Below are positions 45,323 through 58,333 of a DNA stretch of 64,000 nt, one piece after another; the first letter of the stretch is position 1; each line of letters opens with the position of its first letter. Below the pieces are notes generated by a model. That model did no database searches. It was not told where the DNA came from and worked only from the letters and a program-made list of their open reading frames with translations. The DNA comes from Asterias rubens. Lineage: Eukaryota. Where the stretch lies: contig NC_047068.1 of assembly GCF_902459465.1 (NCBI RefSeq), positions 15,624,001 to 15,688,000 on the forward strand, in the 5' to 3' direction. Made by a program: the position numbers and the translations under genes.

Positions 45323-48300
45323 GAAACGTAAATTAAACTGTATGTTATTACAACTGAAAACTCTAACATGGTACAACGAGGAAAGTAAATGACAGAGTCA
45401 ACATTTACAATGTAAAAGATTACTGTTTGTAAAAACCTTGATTTCGAAAGTTAAAGGCAAAGTTTACCTTTGGTTTTTTTTAACCGCTCAAATATTTGGA
45501 TCCTATTATGTACAGTATACTAACCTATGAAAAATATTCTATTAATTTAAAGGTGGTAGCGTTTTTTAAATTATATTGCAGAACACCTGGAGTGGTTATG
45601 TCCATGAAGATAGTCCTTAATTGGAGTACACAATCTGAGAAACGTTTGATAATGTTTCTGATTTTGAAATGAATTTGAATCTCTCTCTCTCTCTCTATCT
45701 CTAAAACCACAATCTTTTGATGGGAACTGTTTCTCAATATGTTAATCATTATCAACATCTGCAATGCTTCTTACAAGTGATTTTTTATGATCATTATTTT
45801 TTTGAAGTAACCACCAAAGAATGCCCCCCCCCCCTTAAGTTAACAAACAAATGTTCGCGTATCTCGTTTACATTAAACTCCTCACACGGTACATAGGAAT
45901 ATTAATTGAACAATGTATACAAATGAACAGTTTTATATGTATGTTTGTTATAACTTTTGTTTTGTCTCAATTAGTGTAAAAGGAGATCCCCTTCACTTTT
46001 TAGTTGTAATGGATCTCGATAATCAGTTTTGGGGCACGTGAGTTATTAATTTTCTACACAGTTTGATTTTTGTTCTTGTTTAAAATTAAAATAAAATAAC
46101 AAAAGTACATCAAAGAGTGTTGTTGCAATTATTGCTCATTCATCATTTAAAGGTAATAAACTCCACTTTCTGTCAATCATTTGAAATCAAATTTCAAATC
46201 AAATTAAGTGTGCAGCGATTTTCTGTATCGTGCTTAATGAGCAAACACAACAAATCTTTTGTTTAAAAAAAAACGTTATTTCGTACGTTAACAGACTAAG
46301 ATACACTATAGTTTATACCATGGCCATTTTAATAGTCAAATATGTTGCATTTATGTCAGGGATAATTTGAAGTTTAACCACGATGCCATTTCATCCAAAT
46401 GCTTGAGGTACAAAAACGAAAGACCCCACTTTAGAAAAGAAAAAATATATATTATGCAAAGGGAATGTGTTTTATAATTTTAGTAAAACGTGTACAATGT
46501 ACAGATTGAAATATTCTCATAAACTCGGACTCTACTAGGAATATTTCTCCCTAGCAAATCGTCGAGAACAGAGATGCCCGCCCGATGTCACATTACATTG
46601 TGTGTCCCTCGTACAGGTCCCTCGTACAGTAAACAAGGGCTGGATGAAGATGAGTCAGAAGAGGGCGCTACCAGACGTACTTTTCTCAATTCGACGTATG
46701 GGGGGGGGGGGGGGGGGGACGCACGACACAATATTATTTAGAACACCCCATAGCAGCCAGTTAAATGTAAAGTATTCAAAAATAATCAACAAAAAGGTCA
46801 AATCACTGAGCCTTTTTTAACAAATCAAGTGTGTTTTCAGATAACCGAACTTCAGATTTCTTTTCAATTGTTGGGACTGCCAGCCGTTTGGAATGTTTTG
46901 ATAATTACCTCAGAAAAAAAACACACCCAGCAACAGTAAGGTTCTTTTCCTAAAACCTACTTGCTGTCAGTTTTAATGAGGCACACCTCAAATTTCAATT
47001 TGGAAACAACATCCGCACCAAAAAGCCCCTTTCATACGAGAGCAATTTAGCAAGGGTCCCTTGCTAAATTGTACCATGGTTGTAAGATTTTACAAATAGC
47101 ACCTCGTGTGAAAGGACAATACTGATGAGCCGCATAGCCGTACTTCGGACGGCATCAGACGCGTACTCCAGCCCAGTTCGTCTGTCCCAATGACCAACAA
47201 CAACCTTGTTGAAGCATACAGAAGATACCCCCTGTACTGAGAATCCCATCCATGTGGGATTATTCAAAAGAAATTACGCTCATCCTACGTCACAGTGGCG
47301 TACTTTGACCTAACACAGCCATTGACAACACTATGGTACAACCAAGGAGCAATAAACTGGATTTATTGATCCATGGTTATTGAAACAAGTTAAGTTGTCT
47401 ATAGTTTTTTAACCAGCTGTTAAACTGAATTTACATTCAGGGCCCATGTCATAGAAAGCGGCTTAAAAAAAAACCAGGGCACAACTTAAATGTGGTTTTA
47501 AAGACATGTCAGTGGACACTACTGGTAATTGTCAAAGACCAGTCTTCTCACTTGGTGTATCTCAACATATGCATAAAATAACAAACCTGTGAAAATTTGA
47601 GATCAATTGGTCGTCGAAGTTGCGAGATTGCGGTTATTTCTCAGCAACAGCCACGCACACCCCCCCCCCCGAAGATTGAGGTTCCCACAAGAGGTTACTA
47701 TTTCGAGACAAATCTTTAAAAAGTCTGCTTAAAACGTTATATGTTTTGACAAACACAGTCCATTGATAATTGTTTTGTTATGAAAGGTCATTTAGTAATC
47801 CACATTTCATTTATAGTGGTGGTAGAGTCTAGAGAACAGATCCACAAACAAAACGAGATCACTAGTGGGACTGACGGGGTGAACAACCCCCCCCCCCCCC
47901 CCCCTGGCAATGAGTCCAAATGATGCTTGCAAATAATGGAAAGTTTAATCAAAATCACAAACCTCTGATCCAAAAGTGACCCACCCCCTTTTTATATCAC
48001 AAACAAAGTAGCTCACGGCCTGACGTTGCGACCCTAGCAGAGACTATTAAATTCTCAAAGGCTAACAAAATGATCGATAACACAACAAACATGAACCTTT
48101 CAATTTACCCATCTGTGAAAAACTTTGATGACGACCTAATTCAATTCCCAGTACTATCATGCCACATGCCAGCCCCCCCTCCCTCCCCCTCCCCCATATG
48201 AATGTGAACAATACATGTAACCTGTCAATCAGCCGAATGGCTTGCTGTAATCCATTGTGAACATTTTTTGTTGTGGTATTGCAACGAGAGATGATGCACA

Positions 48301-49329
48301 TAGATAATGCTCAATGCGAATAATGGGAAGGATGCGTTGAAGATCTGGCGCATCTTTTCCTCCTTCACATGGGATGGCCTATTTTTTCAGCATTGGATGG
48401 ATACCATCATATACCAAGATTATGAACTTGCCCTAATTTCAAAAGCAGATTGTTGAGCGGAAATTCTACTGAGCAAAAATAGGCCGGATACGTCACAGGT
48501 TTTACACTTTGACAAGGTATTTTGGCGGGTAACCAATTATGGTAAGCAAAGTTGTGCTTAACTGCTTTGGTCCTCCATTTGATTGGGGATAATTTTTTCG
48601 ACTTACCAAAAGCTAGCAGACCGTATGTTCACTGGTATTCCCAGGAAAAATTACGTTTTTAATCACTATTCACTTACTAAACCACACTGTGTTTTGTGGA
48701 TGAAAAACATTTCCAACAGTAACATTTGAAGTACACTACACTTTGAAATGATGGGGGGGGGGGGGGGGGGGGACAGTTATGTGTATTTTATTGATGATGC
48801 AAACACCACAGCAACAAATGATTGTTGCAAAAATTTGCGAGAATGAATATCCCTCAGGGAGAAAAACGAGCACAATCCACTGGCAGAAAAGTACGAAAAT
48901 TTGACATTACTGTTACTGACAATAAAATAAACAAGAAATGTAGTTATCAAACATCTCAATTTAACATACTCATTAAAGCGACCATCACGCGGATTTCAAT
49001 AATGACTGCTGTGCAAATCAGAATACTAATGATCTTATTTAAGATTATTGTCATTTTCTGGATATTTAGACTCTAATTATTACTACTATTTCGGGGTTTT
49101 TATTATTGATTTAGGTCACCCTAAATGGAAACGGAAATACTACCATCTGTTAGTTACGGAAGTCACACACGAAGGCACAATATTTTCCACCTGCATGCTA
49201 GATTGCTAGCCGCCGTAATAAAACGTTTATAACAACACACGTGTACTGAAATAAACACAAATAAAAAATTCATCATTTAAAATTACTATGCAGGAACGCC
49301 TTGTTATTATTCATGAGCAAAGGCAAACC

Positions 49330-49846
49330 TGACATGCCCATTGGTCAAAGCGCGCCGGGGGTCATTGTTCAGCTAGCGACGGTCGACCAATGGCAGCGCG
49401 GTCGGCGTTGTTGATATCGGTTTTGATGTTGCTATGATGGAAGTTCCCATTCATTCTCGTGTTGTATATTGACGATCTCGCACATGTTATGGTTTAGAAT
49501 GCCAGCTGACAGCAAGCAAGGCACACTACTGCACACAGCGTACCCACGCTAAACGTAATTAATACATCATCGTGACAGCTAAATCGGATTAAAACCTATC
49601 ATCAGCCAGAATTGATAACATTATAGAAATCAAGGGAAGATCAGATTTCGTGTGATGTTGTCAGATCGTGTGTCACAAGTCCAGACGGAAACATCTCTGT
49701 AACAACAGTTCGCCGGACATTTTTGTTTAGTGGAGGAGTGAACTCCGGAAAGCAACAAGCCTTGGACAGCTATCACCGGGATCCATATTCAGCACATTTA
49801 CTTCCTTTATAACGATCTTGTATTGCAGAGCAGTATTCACAAACAG
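49330..49846 (+). promoter_or_regulatory. Probable FOXJ1 promoter and non-coding first exon
   Basis: CpG-richer segment with CCAAT/ATTGG boxes, ending in donor CAG|GTGAGA at 49846; the next acceptor (50755-59) precedes the FOXJ1 ATG. Confidence 0.5.
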
Positions 49847-50781
49847 GTGAGACGAATCATACTCACTAACTTCTGCTGACATTCAAAATAATTTGTATCC
49901 CCACACAAATATTGTATTTTGTCTACAGTGATCTGTGTAGAAACTGGTTGTGCAATAATGTGCACCCGTCAACGATTGCAAGACTCGCTTGCGTGTTGAA
50001 CACTACAGCTCGGTCATTAAATCAGGCTTTATCCCGTGTCACATAGAATTTGACAAAAACGTGTTTATAATATATACATCCATCCAGCAAATTGTCATGT
50101 TTTTTAAAAATGTTATTGGTGTGTCTTGCCATGGCCGTGCCGTTTCGTAGCGTCTGAAGCCCGGCTAGTGTGTTCATTGTTTACACGGTGACGGGAGTGT
50201 TGATTGAGTGCTTGCTTGTGAGCATACCGATGCAATAGGCCCATTCCCATGTTCCGTTAAGTTTACTTAGTGGATTAAAGCTCGACTCCTGCCTCTGGCG
50301 TTCTATTTTTGGATTCAACTAAGATTGAAGTGGCTGTCCATCCAACTTCTAAGTTGCATTTAACAGTTCATGGCTTCTCTACATAAAGCTATATTTAATT
50401 GTGCTACAAAACAAGTAGGCCCTATCATCATATCACCAGTCAGTGTCAACATGCCCATAATTGCCTTCATTGTCCCTGATCAATTGCCTTGTTGCCCCTC
50501 TTTATGTTCCAATTGAAATTTATAAACTTTGAATTAAAGAAGAAAACACCTTGCTGCCCTTGCGTTTTTCCAAAACGACAACCCGATTTAATTGATTTAC
50601 ACATTAACCAAATGTCATTCAACAGAAATATGAATAATAGTTAAGGAAAGTCTTTGTTACCCCCCCACCCCCCATCCCCCGCATACCAAGTGATAAAAAG
50701 GTTGTTTTTCAAATGATTGACTTTTAATTTCTGTACAACTATGCTTTGTTTGACAGCAGTTTCTGTAATCTGTGTGGCAAG

Positions 50782-53700
50782 ATGGCCACTACACTAATCA
50801 CAGTCCCCATCAAGGATGCAGCACACCGCTTCAAACAGACATGGCTCTCAGGCCACCATTCCCCTCAACAACACAACGACTCAAGCACAGGGTCCAACGA
50901 AGCCACAGACAGCCTGGATGACAGTCTCACAAGTCTCAACTGGCTACAGAATCTGCGTATCATGCGCATCCAGCAGCCAACCCCACCAACCAGTCCGTCT
51001 CCACTGGCGTCCGCGTGCCAACGTCTGAACACGACCATCACTATACAGAACCATAAGAGCCCAAATGGGATGGTCAGGGTTGCAAAGACAACGCAGGAGG
51101 AGGCCAAAGCGTTTTCCCGCATCGGTACGCACCACACCACCGCAACGAGTATAGACCAAGTGGACTACAAGACAAATCAGTACGTGAAGCCGCCGTATTC
51201 TTACGCTACATTGATATGGATGGCCATGAAAGCATCCAAGAAGAACAAGATCACGCTGTCTGCAATCTATAAATGGATAACAGACAATTTCAAGTATTAT
51301 CAGACGGCTGACCCAAGCTGGCAGGTAAATATTGTTTTTTTTCCGACTTTTCTGGTTGGTAGACGAACGGCCTTGTCACATGGACAACTTTCACAGGCAA
51401 CTTGGACTCTTGGAGAACAAACTCTGCCATTGCATACAGGGCCACTTTGATAGCACAACAGTCATTTTTCAAACAAGTCTAGATTGCCTTGTGTGACACT
51501 CTGCTTGCGCATATCAAAGTTCACCTCAAATTGAGAACGGAACTGTCCAGTTGCTTGCAGTAACAGTAGTATACATTTTAAAGTATGCTGCCCCAATCTA
51601 AAACAGGGTGCCATGAGTTGAGATTGAAATTAAAATCATAACATTGGTAATTTATTAGACAGAATTCAGCCGTAGTATTGCTCTCTCTTAAAATGATTTA
51701 GTGAACTCTACACAGTGTAGAATTCCATACTAACCCTAGAGTTTTGATTTCAAATACCGTATTCAATCAAGCAAACCTGAAGTCTATAAACACACTTATT
51801 ACATGCAATGCATTTAACAGTAGGCATGTTCAACACAAAAAGTCAAAATTCAACACTGCACATTGATATTGGTGATTAATCACCAGCAATTGTGAGTTTC
51901 AAGTTATGAATAGTAAATATTTATCATGTTTCTGAGCCTGAAGGCATTATCCATATTGATTAATGAATATTGGATTAGAGCAGCACGCCTTAAATGGCTG
52001 GCTACATTAATCAATGTAAAATGCTTTTATAGGCAGGGCTGTGTCTCAAATGCAAACATTGTAAAGTATCAACGTAAAACACAGAGTTCAAAGAAGTCAT
52101 AGCACAGGGTTCATGGTTCATGTGTGTGTGAATCATAAATTGTGCTTATCAACCCATTGCCACAAAAGGCTGTCTCCCAATCCAGTAAGAAGGCATATAA
52201 AAATTTGGTAAAAAGATTTCAAATCTAAGTTGAAAGTGAGGGCATCCATGTTGCTCTCAGAGCTTTTACATGAAAGAATGATACAAGGTTGTCAAATTAA
52301 TTTTATCCAAAAAGACACAATACACCCTCTACACACAAAGCAATGTCAACAAACATGAACTGGGTGTTGATCTACATGTAAGATTTTGTTCTCTAAATCA
52401 TGAATACAGTTTTTATCAGACATGGTTTTATAAATCAATTGTCAATAGGACTGACCATCCCACTCTGTAATCACTGATAACAGTGAGCAAAATATGATAA
52501 CAGAGGAGGATGTGGGTACTTTAAAAAAATTGTTTAGTCATACTTGAAGCAGAACTATGGTGCACACCACACCCATGCTCGCGATGCATTTGCCAACAAC
52601 GCGTAAATTCTCAAGGTGGAGCGCATTTAGCCCAAAGGGCATAATAGGAGACTTTCCAACGCTAGGTGGCAGCAGACATACCGGGTAAATTTCCATTGTT
52701 TACGTTGTTCTGAACATGCGCATAATTCTGAGAACAATGGATTTACCCGGTAAGTCTGCTGCCCTCTATCGTCCCAGAAAGTCTCCCATTGCAAATAAAA
52801 ATGCTTTAGAAGCAGTTTTAGCTAATGTTCGCCAAAGTAAAATATATAATGGCAAAACAAAACACAAGGCTATGATGGTACTAAGGGTAGGGCCTATATG
52901 CCTAATTCTTGAAAACCATGTAAATAATTGGTCACTCCAATCTAGCTGTTTTGCAATGTTCTACTTTGACCAGGATGTGGCAGATTGAAAAGCTACCTTT
53001 GGCTACCCAATAGATGAATTATGGCTAGAACTGAAAGCAATTTTCATTCCTGATGTGGGCAGATTTAATTTGCATTATCGCTGAAACTGTGACTCATAGA
53101 CAGAACTTGCACTTTGTACTGCATTACCAAAACAACGTTTTCTGTGAGGACCCATTTTTCTCGATTTATAATTGAAACCTTATACTTTGAAGGCTGTTTT
53201 TAATTTCCAAATCAAATCTGGATTTAAAGAGGCATTTGAAATTCACCCAGGTTGTGGTGATAAATGTACTATGGGTAGGCCTAATGGGGCAATTAAACAA
53301 TATTTCAACTTGTGGATTTTGCTCTTTGCAAATTAACACATTAATCATCAGTACAATTTGGAACAGAGTTCTCCGAGACTCCTTGGGGATGTTTTGGGGG
53401 TTGGTTTAGAGCACCTGCCATGGTTTGAGTCAGGGCAGTTGTACTTTGATTGAGGGCAGTTAATTTCAGTCGGGCAATTTGATTGATCCGTCTAACATTT
53501 TGTTGTTTATAATGCAGTCTATGTCGTACAGTTTCAGGCAGCTATCAGAGTTGTTCTTTCGAAGGTTTCAGTTAACCTGTAAAATTAAGTCATGTTTTGA
53601 AAATTTGTGGGAAAAGTGTGTGAGTCGACTGCTCCAGATCTTTCAAAGAAATTTGAGACATTTTGCACATTGATCAATGGTCTTTCTTTGGATGGACGCT

Positions 53701-56700
53701 TAGCAGAAACTGAAGTCAAGCTTTCCTTCATCCATGGTCATTACAAATCAATACATTTATAAGCTTCTGTTCTTGGTATCAGCACAATATAATTGCACTT
53801 CTGCATTGAACAGATGCCCTTGGACTATCCAGTACCCAGTAAACACAGTTCATCACAGCACGGGAAATATGCATTTTCAGTTTTCACAAGTAATTTCCTC
53901 AGCACCTGATCCCTAACAATGTTTCGGCCATTCATATACAATTCATGGACTTGTCTGCCAATCCCCACCTTTCATACCCTATCAATACAATGCGCAGTAT
54001 TAAATTATGAATGGACAGAGACCCCCATGTTTGCACTTTGCTCAGGTACACAAGAGTTTCGGCCACAGAATACCAAAGAGCAGAAATCCATTGTACCTTT
54101 GTACCCATTGGAATCAGCTGTAACTGGTAGCAGTATTGATTAGGGGCTTGTGGTAGTATGTCCTCTGCCTGTTCAGATGCAAATTTCTTCAGTAGGGGAT
54201 TTAAATCCGCTTACAAAGTGTTGAATGAAGCTAACACATAAATGTACACAGGTCTACCTACAGTCCATTATGGGATTGTCACAGAGTTGTTGACGGATGC
54301 TTCTCAAACAGACCATTTAAAAGAGTGGACATTTCACTTTCTCGAGGTTTCCTTCAAAACCTACTTATATAAAGCTTGTGGCCAACATTGGCAATTGTCA
54401 AAGACAAGTATCCACTCTTTGACAAAAAAATAGCCTATGAAATATAAAAAAACTAAGTTGTTCATGTTTGCTGTGTTGTCATAATAGCCCCCCCCCCCCC
54501 GTTATTATTTGCAAATAAGAAACCTGTGAAAGTTTTAAAGCTCATCCATCACAATCATAAACAAAAACTCTCTTTCACCATGCTTTCACCGAATCAAATT
54601 TAATTGTTTTTATAAGTGTTGCGATCCAAAATTCTCCAAACTATCCGTGAATATAAGTCCTTCAAAAACCCTGAATTTATAGCATTTCAAACAAAATAAT
54701 GAATGGAACAGGAAAGAACTCCTCGCGACCATCAAATATTTTTGCTTGTAAATCTCCTCAATGCACTCCCTTTAAAGACTATTTTTTGTTGACGAAAAAT
54801 CTACCCCACATTTTCCAACTTTTAAAACACAAACTTACAGTGCAGTAAGCAACATGAAGGTTTTTAACAACTTTCTGATTTCTGTTTATTTGGAGGAAGA
54901 AGTTGACCTACATTCATTACACTGCAAAATATTCTTGATAGCCAAAGATGCTTTATATTAGTGCACAGATTTGCAACTAGCAAAGTTCGACAAGTGTTTG
55001 AAACCAAGTGATTAAAAAGAAAATACATGGTACACGTGACCAAGAGCATGCAGCTTTTCACAATTTTTCTTTCATTATCAATCAATACAGTCCAATTTTC
55101 ATATTGCTATTCAAGAATCCTGGCAGGGGACAAATTGTGACCTTCACTAGTGCATTGAGTTTTCAACTCTGAGCAATAAACACCCCAATGCATGCCCATG
55201 AGCCTTTTGGTTTGGTGATCATTAAACCATGAAGAATTTTAAACATAAAGAAAACAAAATTTCCTGGTAGAGTGGGACTTGGAGTGAAATTGCTCTGGAG
55301 CAGTTAAAGAAGGATTGTTTTTGTGCTGGGGTAGTGGGGCAGTACTGCATTTGGACCACAGTAGGGGGTTGGAGAAGTTTTGTCTTTTTTGCACGTAGAC
55401 CCTGGACAATTTCCAAATGACTGGCTGTGGTACTACAGTGGCACAGATATTCTGCGGTCTGTGGTGTGACCCCTGACCCTTTGATAGTATTTTTGTTGTC
55501 AAGTTAACAACATAAATATTATCTTTTTTTTATGTAGGTTTTTTGTTTCATGGTTAACAGGTTCGTCTCAGTGATAATTTTGTTTTGTAAGAAAGTATCA
55601 ACCAGTTTGATTCAATGTTTTTAAAAGCTGTAGGCCTAATATGCAGTATAAAAAAAAATAATAAAAAAAAGTTCTCTAATATACATAATCTACCCAGTGA
55701 GTAGGTATACACCCATGGTGTTACCGCAAACCAAATAATACAACAAATAAACCATTAACACTACCATAGTGTTAAAGGTATTTTGAGGAAATTTTTTATT
55801 TTTTATTAAGATGTGGTGGGATTCTGTTTACTCCATTCTTTCATTTTATCAGCTGTTATTTCAACCATGAATCACACAACTGTATAACGGGCACGGCACA
55901 TTCACATATAACCCTAGAACACGATGCAGACATTGAGAGCAAATATTTGCTGACTGTAAACTGATTAAACTCAGAAAAAGGGGTGTGTAGTTAGGGAATA
56001 CAATATGATTATTCTGGTTATTGTTGGTGTTGTATGTTGAATGATTGCCATGGAAATATGAAAGGGAGTGTATAATCTGAGAATTTAAGCTTCAGGCATG
56101 AAGACTTCTCAATCATCTGAAATCACACAATTTTTATTATTTTCTGTCCATTATGATGACCACTTTGGCTCATATTTTCACTGGTTTGTTTTTTAATGCA
56201 ATAATTAGTATACAGTAAGGATACTGGTATTTGGCAAGTACCAATATACCTTGCCTTTAAAAAGATGAGAAGTACTTTTAAAAGACCAGTCCCCCCCCCT
56301 TTTTTTATTATCTTTCCTCTTTCTTCAGTTATAAATTTTGAGTGACATCTGTTATGATCTAGATGGGGAACATTCAATGAAGGGTAATTTAACTCGATTG
56401 CCAATCCTTAATTTCAACAAGTTTCTTGTTTTGTCTCAACAGAATTCCATCCGCCATAATCTCTCCTTAAACAAGTGCTTCATGAAGGTGCCGCGAAGGA
56501 AAGACGAGCCCGGGAAGGGTGGTTTCTGGCAGATCGACCCCGCCCATGCAGACCTCCTGGAAAATGGCATCTTCAAGAAGCGCCGTACCAGCTCCTCCAG
56601 AGATTTCAACACAGAGAACATCAAGAGAATCAAGATTGAGCCGTTGGACGATTACGAGACGTGTCCCGTCGAGAAACAACACCACAGTCGGAAACAGTCC

Positions 56701-57291
56701 GCACCCAAGAAGAAGTCGTACGACCTTGACGGTTCGTTTAAATTCAGACCTCTTCAGTTGAACAGCTTTGGGGATGCCGATTTCTCGGATTCCGATGACA
56801 ATCTGCCTAGTGCTGTCCTTCGGGACGACTTCGGATGGAACTCCATCTTCCAATCTGAGATTGACATTGACGGGATCAAGGTTAAGACGGAGGATATCTT
56901 AGACGATGAAGCTCAGCAGAACCGATGTTTGTCACCGTGCCTTCAGATTAGTCCCCCACCTTCAAATGAAGGGGGTGAGCAATTAGGCTTGCAGAATCTA
57001 GAGGACTGCCTCGACTTGTCAATCAGCGGGGTTCAAATCCCGCGACCCGCGTGGTTCGAGGATCAATTCAGGGAACTAGACTATACAGCGGAGGAGGCGC
57101 GCATGCTCTTTGATGATATTGACCTGCCGCCCTCGCCGGACAGTTCGATCAATGACCAACAATCGCATCCCTGGGCGGAGGCCGGCGGGCCTGTCTCGTT
57201 TGATATGGAAGATCTTCTTGATTTCAGGAGCATTCCGGGTGAAGACATGCCGTGGGATCTTTCTCTTCATCAACCTCTACCCTCGTCGTGA
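50782..57291 (+). CDS. FOXJ1: Forkhead box protein J1 (463 aa); coding exons 50782-51324 and 56443-57291
   Basis: N-terminal [11 protein letters not shown] motif; forkhead [15 protein letters not shown]...[23 protein letters not shown]|[33 protein letters not shown]; phase-0 intron. Confidence 0.95.
52643..52790. mobile_element. MITE in the FOXJ1 intron whose TIRs contain CTCF-like motifs
   Basis: AATAGGAGACTTTC / GAAAGTCTCCCATT ends; inner arms GGCAGCAGAC.TACCGGGTAAAT / ATTTACCCGGTA.GTCTGCTGCC. Confidence 0.7.
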
Positions 57292-57947
57292 GGGGGTTTG
57301 TTAAGAGACTAATTTATAGACTATTAGTGTCCTATTCACAGTGCCTAAATTATGTTGTCCGATATTGAAAGTGGCAAAAAAGCATCTGGTCAGAATCACA
57401 TACCAGGGACCGGAGATTGTGCCAATTGTAGAGAAATTAACTCTATCACTCGAATCTATTCAATCATGAGCTTCAATAAAATCATGTCTGAAGATCCTGA
57501 CCAATCATGTTTACACTCGGTTAAAAATCATGCAAGTAAGTTAAAGTACAAGATAAATTCTACTATTCTACCTTCCCCTCTTAAAAATCAAGAAAACTTA
57601 AAGTGCAAATATAACTTTAGAGCAAAAAGACAGCAGTCTGAAGTATCAATCTCCATGTGAATTGTTTTTTTGCTGAAATGTTTTCTTGAAGAATGAATCT
57701 TTGCTTTTATATGGGTCGGAATTTTAATAGAATTTCAACCCTGATCATGGACAGTGGTATGACATGGGATCCATAAGAGACAAGCAGCACACTGACTGGT
57801 GTGTACATTACAAAGGATTATGAACTAGCTAACCCAAACAATTTGCATACAATATTGCTACACGATTTTCCGTGTTCATTCAATTGCTGTGAAGTTGGGG
57901 CAATGGAGCTAAAATTCAGGCCACATTTAGTTCTTAGAGTTGCTTAA

Positions 57948-58333
57948 AGGAACACGTTGCCTTGGATCGGTCGAGTTGGTCTTTGAAAAGCGTTCTGTAG
58001 CCGTCTGTTATTAAATGCATATGGGTAGAAAGATGATGTAAAAGTAGAATACAATGATCTACACAAACATGACTTGAAATGGCGTGGTTTTCCTTTTACC
58101 TCGTCGACAAACACAGTTTGCCATTTATGGGAGTCAAATTTTTTACTCCCATAAATGGCCGACCGTGTTAGTTCCCAAAGTAAAAGGAAAACCGTGCAAT
58201 TTTGAGTGATACTTGTGTGGATAACTACTTTTTAAACATTTTTCCAACCATATGCATTTCATAACAATTGGTAACAAACGGTTTCAAACGCTTTTTATAG
58301 ACCAACTCGTCCGATTCAAGGCAACGTGTTCCT
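57948..58333. mobile_element. Kolobok-like MITE (386 bp, TTAA TSD) nested in a MITE A remnant downstream of the FOXJ1 stop
   Basis: TTAA|AGGAACACGTTGCCTTG...CAAGGCAACGTGTTCCT|TTAA; long imperfect TIRs and a central hairpin. Confidence 0.9.

Noticed and set aside
49320-50460. p53/p73-like half sites, RFX-like and TGTTTAC motifs near the FOXJ1 5' end
   Set aside because: Imperfect or short matches expected by chance; not supportable without conservation data.
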